Virus record (IMG/VR): IMGVR_UViG_3300031110_000004 | Strand: one strand, 5' to 3' | Source of the DNA: a virus | Length of the DNA: 41,343 nucleotides | Translations under genes and position numbers: made by a program | Part shown: positions 40,396 through 41,343 of the stretch, in pieces | Numbering within the stretch: the stretch's first letter is position 1 | Layout of the letters: the number at the start of each line of letters is the position of its first letter | The notes under the pieces: generated by a model | Seen by the model: the letters and a program-made list of their open reading frames with translations, nothing else | Database searches by the model: none | Told to the model about the DNA's origin: nothing

Positions 40396-41290
40396 GATGG
40401 CAGGAGACTGGATCAAGTTCGAGACCGCAACGCTCGAGAAGCCAGAGGTCTGCCAGATCGCCGACGCAGCTGATATTGATCTGGACGCAGCGGTCGGAAA
40501 GCTTCTCAGGGTATGGGTCTGGTTCGATCAGCAGAGCGAGGATGGTAACGCTCCGAGCGTTAGCAAAAAGTTACTCGACCGTTTGGTGGGCGTTACCGGT
40601 TTTTGCGATTTGATGGAGTCGGTCGGCTGGATGACGAATGCCGACGGCGTGATCACTCTGCCAAATTTCGAAAGGCACAACGGTAAAACCGCTAAGAATC
40701 GGGCACTTACGGCAAAAAGGGTCGCAAATCATAAGGTAAAAAGTAACGCTGAAGCTAACGATGCTGGCGTTAGCGATGCGTTACCTAGAGAAGAGAAGAG
40801 AAGAGAAGAGAAAGAACAAGAGCAAAAGACTATGTCCGATGCCTTCGCGGTTTTCTGGAAGCTGTACCCGAAGAAGGTTTCGAAGGCCGACGCAGTGAAG
40901 GCGTGGGGAAAGATCAAGAAGGACATGCTGCCCACCATCATGAAGTCCCTGTCGGTGCATCTGGTTTGTGAGCAGTGGGTGAAGGATGACGGGCAGTTTG
41001 TTCCGAATGCCGCCACCTGGCTCAACAAGAAAAAATGGGAAGACGAGGTGAAGCCGTATGTCGAAGGAACCAACGGACAAAGAAGCGGGGCAAGCCGCCC
41101 TAGCCTCGTTGATCAAGTCCGCCAACGTGGGCGCGAGATCGAAGCCGAGCGACATGGACAGGCGGGACATGGATCTCCGCCAGATGGAGAACTACCGCCA
41201 GCCTGGTTGGGCGAAGGACGAACAGACTGGGAAGGAGAGTTCACCCGCATCAACGACGCTGATGGTTCGCTTGTGGGAATTGATGACTGA
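40379..41290 (+). CDS. Replisome organiser / replication initiator (lambda O-like role)
   Basis: About 303 aa (ATG 40379 behind GAAGGA; alternatives TTG 40373 and ATG 40397). N-terminal ...GDWIKFETATLEKPEV... domain, EEKRREEKEQEQK linker, C-terminal ...FWKLYPKKVSKADAVKAWGKI... Iteron-like repeats lie inside the gene. Followed by the P-like loader. Confidence 0.7.
   Translation: METVIEMAGDWIKFETATLEKPEVCQIADAADIDLDAAVGKLLRVWVWFDQQSEDGNAPSVSKKLLDRLVGVTGFCDLMESVGWMTNADGVITLPNFERHNGKTAKNRALTAKRVANHKVKSNAEANDAGVSDALPREEKRREEKEQEQKTMSDAFAVFWKLYPKKVSKADAVKAWGKIKKDMLPTIMKSLSVHLVCEQWVKDDGQFVPNAATWLNKKKWEDEVKPYVEGTNGQRSGASRPSLVDQVRQRGREIEAERHGQAGHGSPPDGELPPAWLGEGRTDWEGEFTRINDADGSLVGIDD
40544..40816. 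repeat. Candidate origin of replication: seven copies of an 8-mer family (GCGTTACC/GCGTTAGC and complements) plus a 30-nt homopurine (AAGAG)n tract
   Basis: 8-mers at 40544, 40557, 40590, 40742, 40754, 40767 and 40778; the last four are spaced 11-13 nt apart. The purine run spans 40787-40816. Confidence 0.55.
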
Positions 41291-41343
41291 GCTGTACGGC
41301 CACAAGTGGACCAGCGTGCACGGCCTGGGCGACGACTCGGGGA
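41217..41343. repeat. Second copy of the terminal overlap (equals 1-127)
   Basis: Base-for-base identity with the window start. Confidence 0.9.

Noticed and set aside
40787-40816. (AAGAG)n tract, considered as a CRISPR-like repeat or non-coding microsatellite.
   Set aside because: No spacers or repeat-spacer periodicity. It is in frame within the organiser gene and encodes an EEKRREEK linker. I interpret it as part of the origin region.

Overview
The window is a complete, GC-rich tailed-phage genome of about 41.2 kb, shown as a linearised circle: bases 1-127 are identical to 41217-41343. It is a mosaic. Rightward early genes: a Cro-like HTH, a replisome organiser with internal iteron-like repeats, a lambda P-like helicase loader spanning the junction, a chain of small nin-like ORFs, and RusA. 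A roughly 535-nt untranslated leader then ends in a strong terminator. The plus-strand late operon follows: terS, terL, portal, MuF-like protein, scaffold, major capsid, neck, contractile sheath and tube, a chaperone with a -1 frameshift, tape measure, baseplate V/W/J/I, two fibres, then a SAR endolysin with overlapped spanins. The leftward early operon on the minus strand carries many small ORFs, a YqaJ exonuclease, RecT, an FtsK-gamma-like protein, an Rmf/CrpP-like moron, a Rad50/SbcC-like ATPase, a C5 methyltransferase, an ExoX-like exonuclease and three terminal small ORFs. I found no rRNA, intact tRNA, CRISPR array, transposase, integrase or CI-type repressor. Most interesting observations: (1) the methyltransferase locus has two same-strand, out-of-frame, full-length ORFs that both carry family-like motifs, with starts 4 nt apart; (2) the late-gene leader resembles lambda PR'-6S-tR', contains a tRNA-like 3' fragment, and has no recognisable antiterminator or integrase; (3) tandem C2H2-type zinc-finger mini-genes are nested out of frame; (4) a phage protein carries two FtsK-gamma-like winged helices; (5) a candidate origin lies inside the replisome-organiser gene. 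All functional calls rest on motif recognition by eye and gene order. No database search was run.
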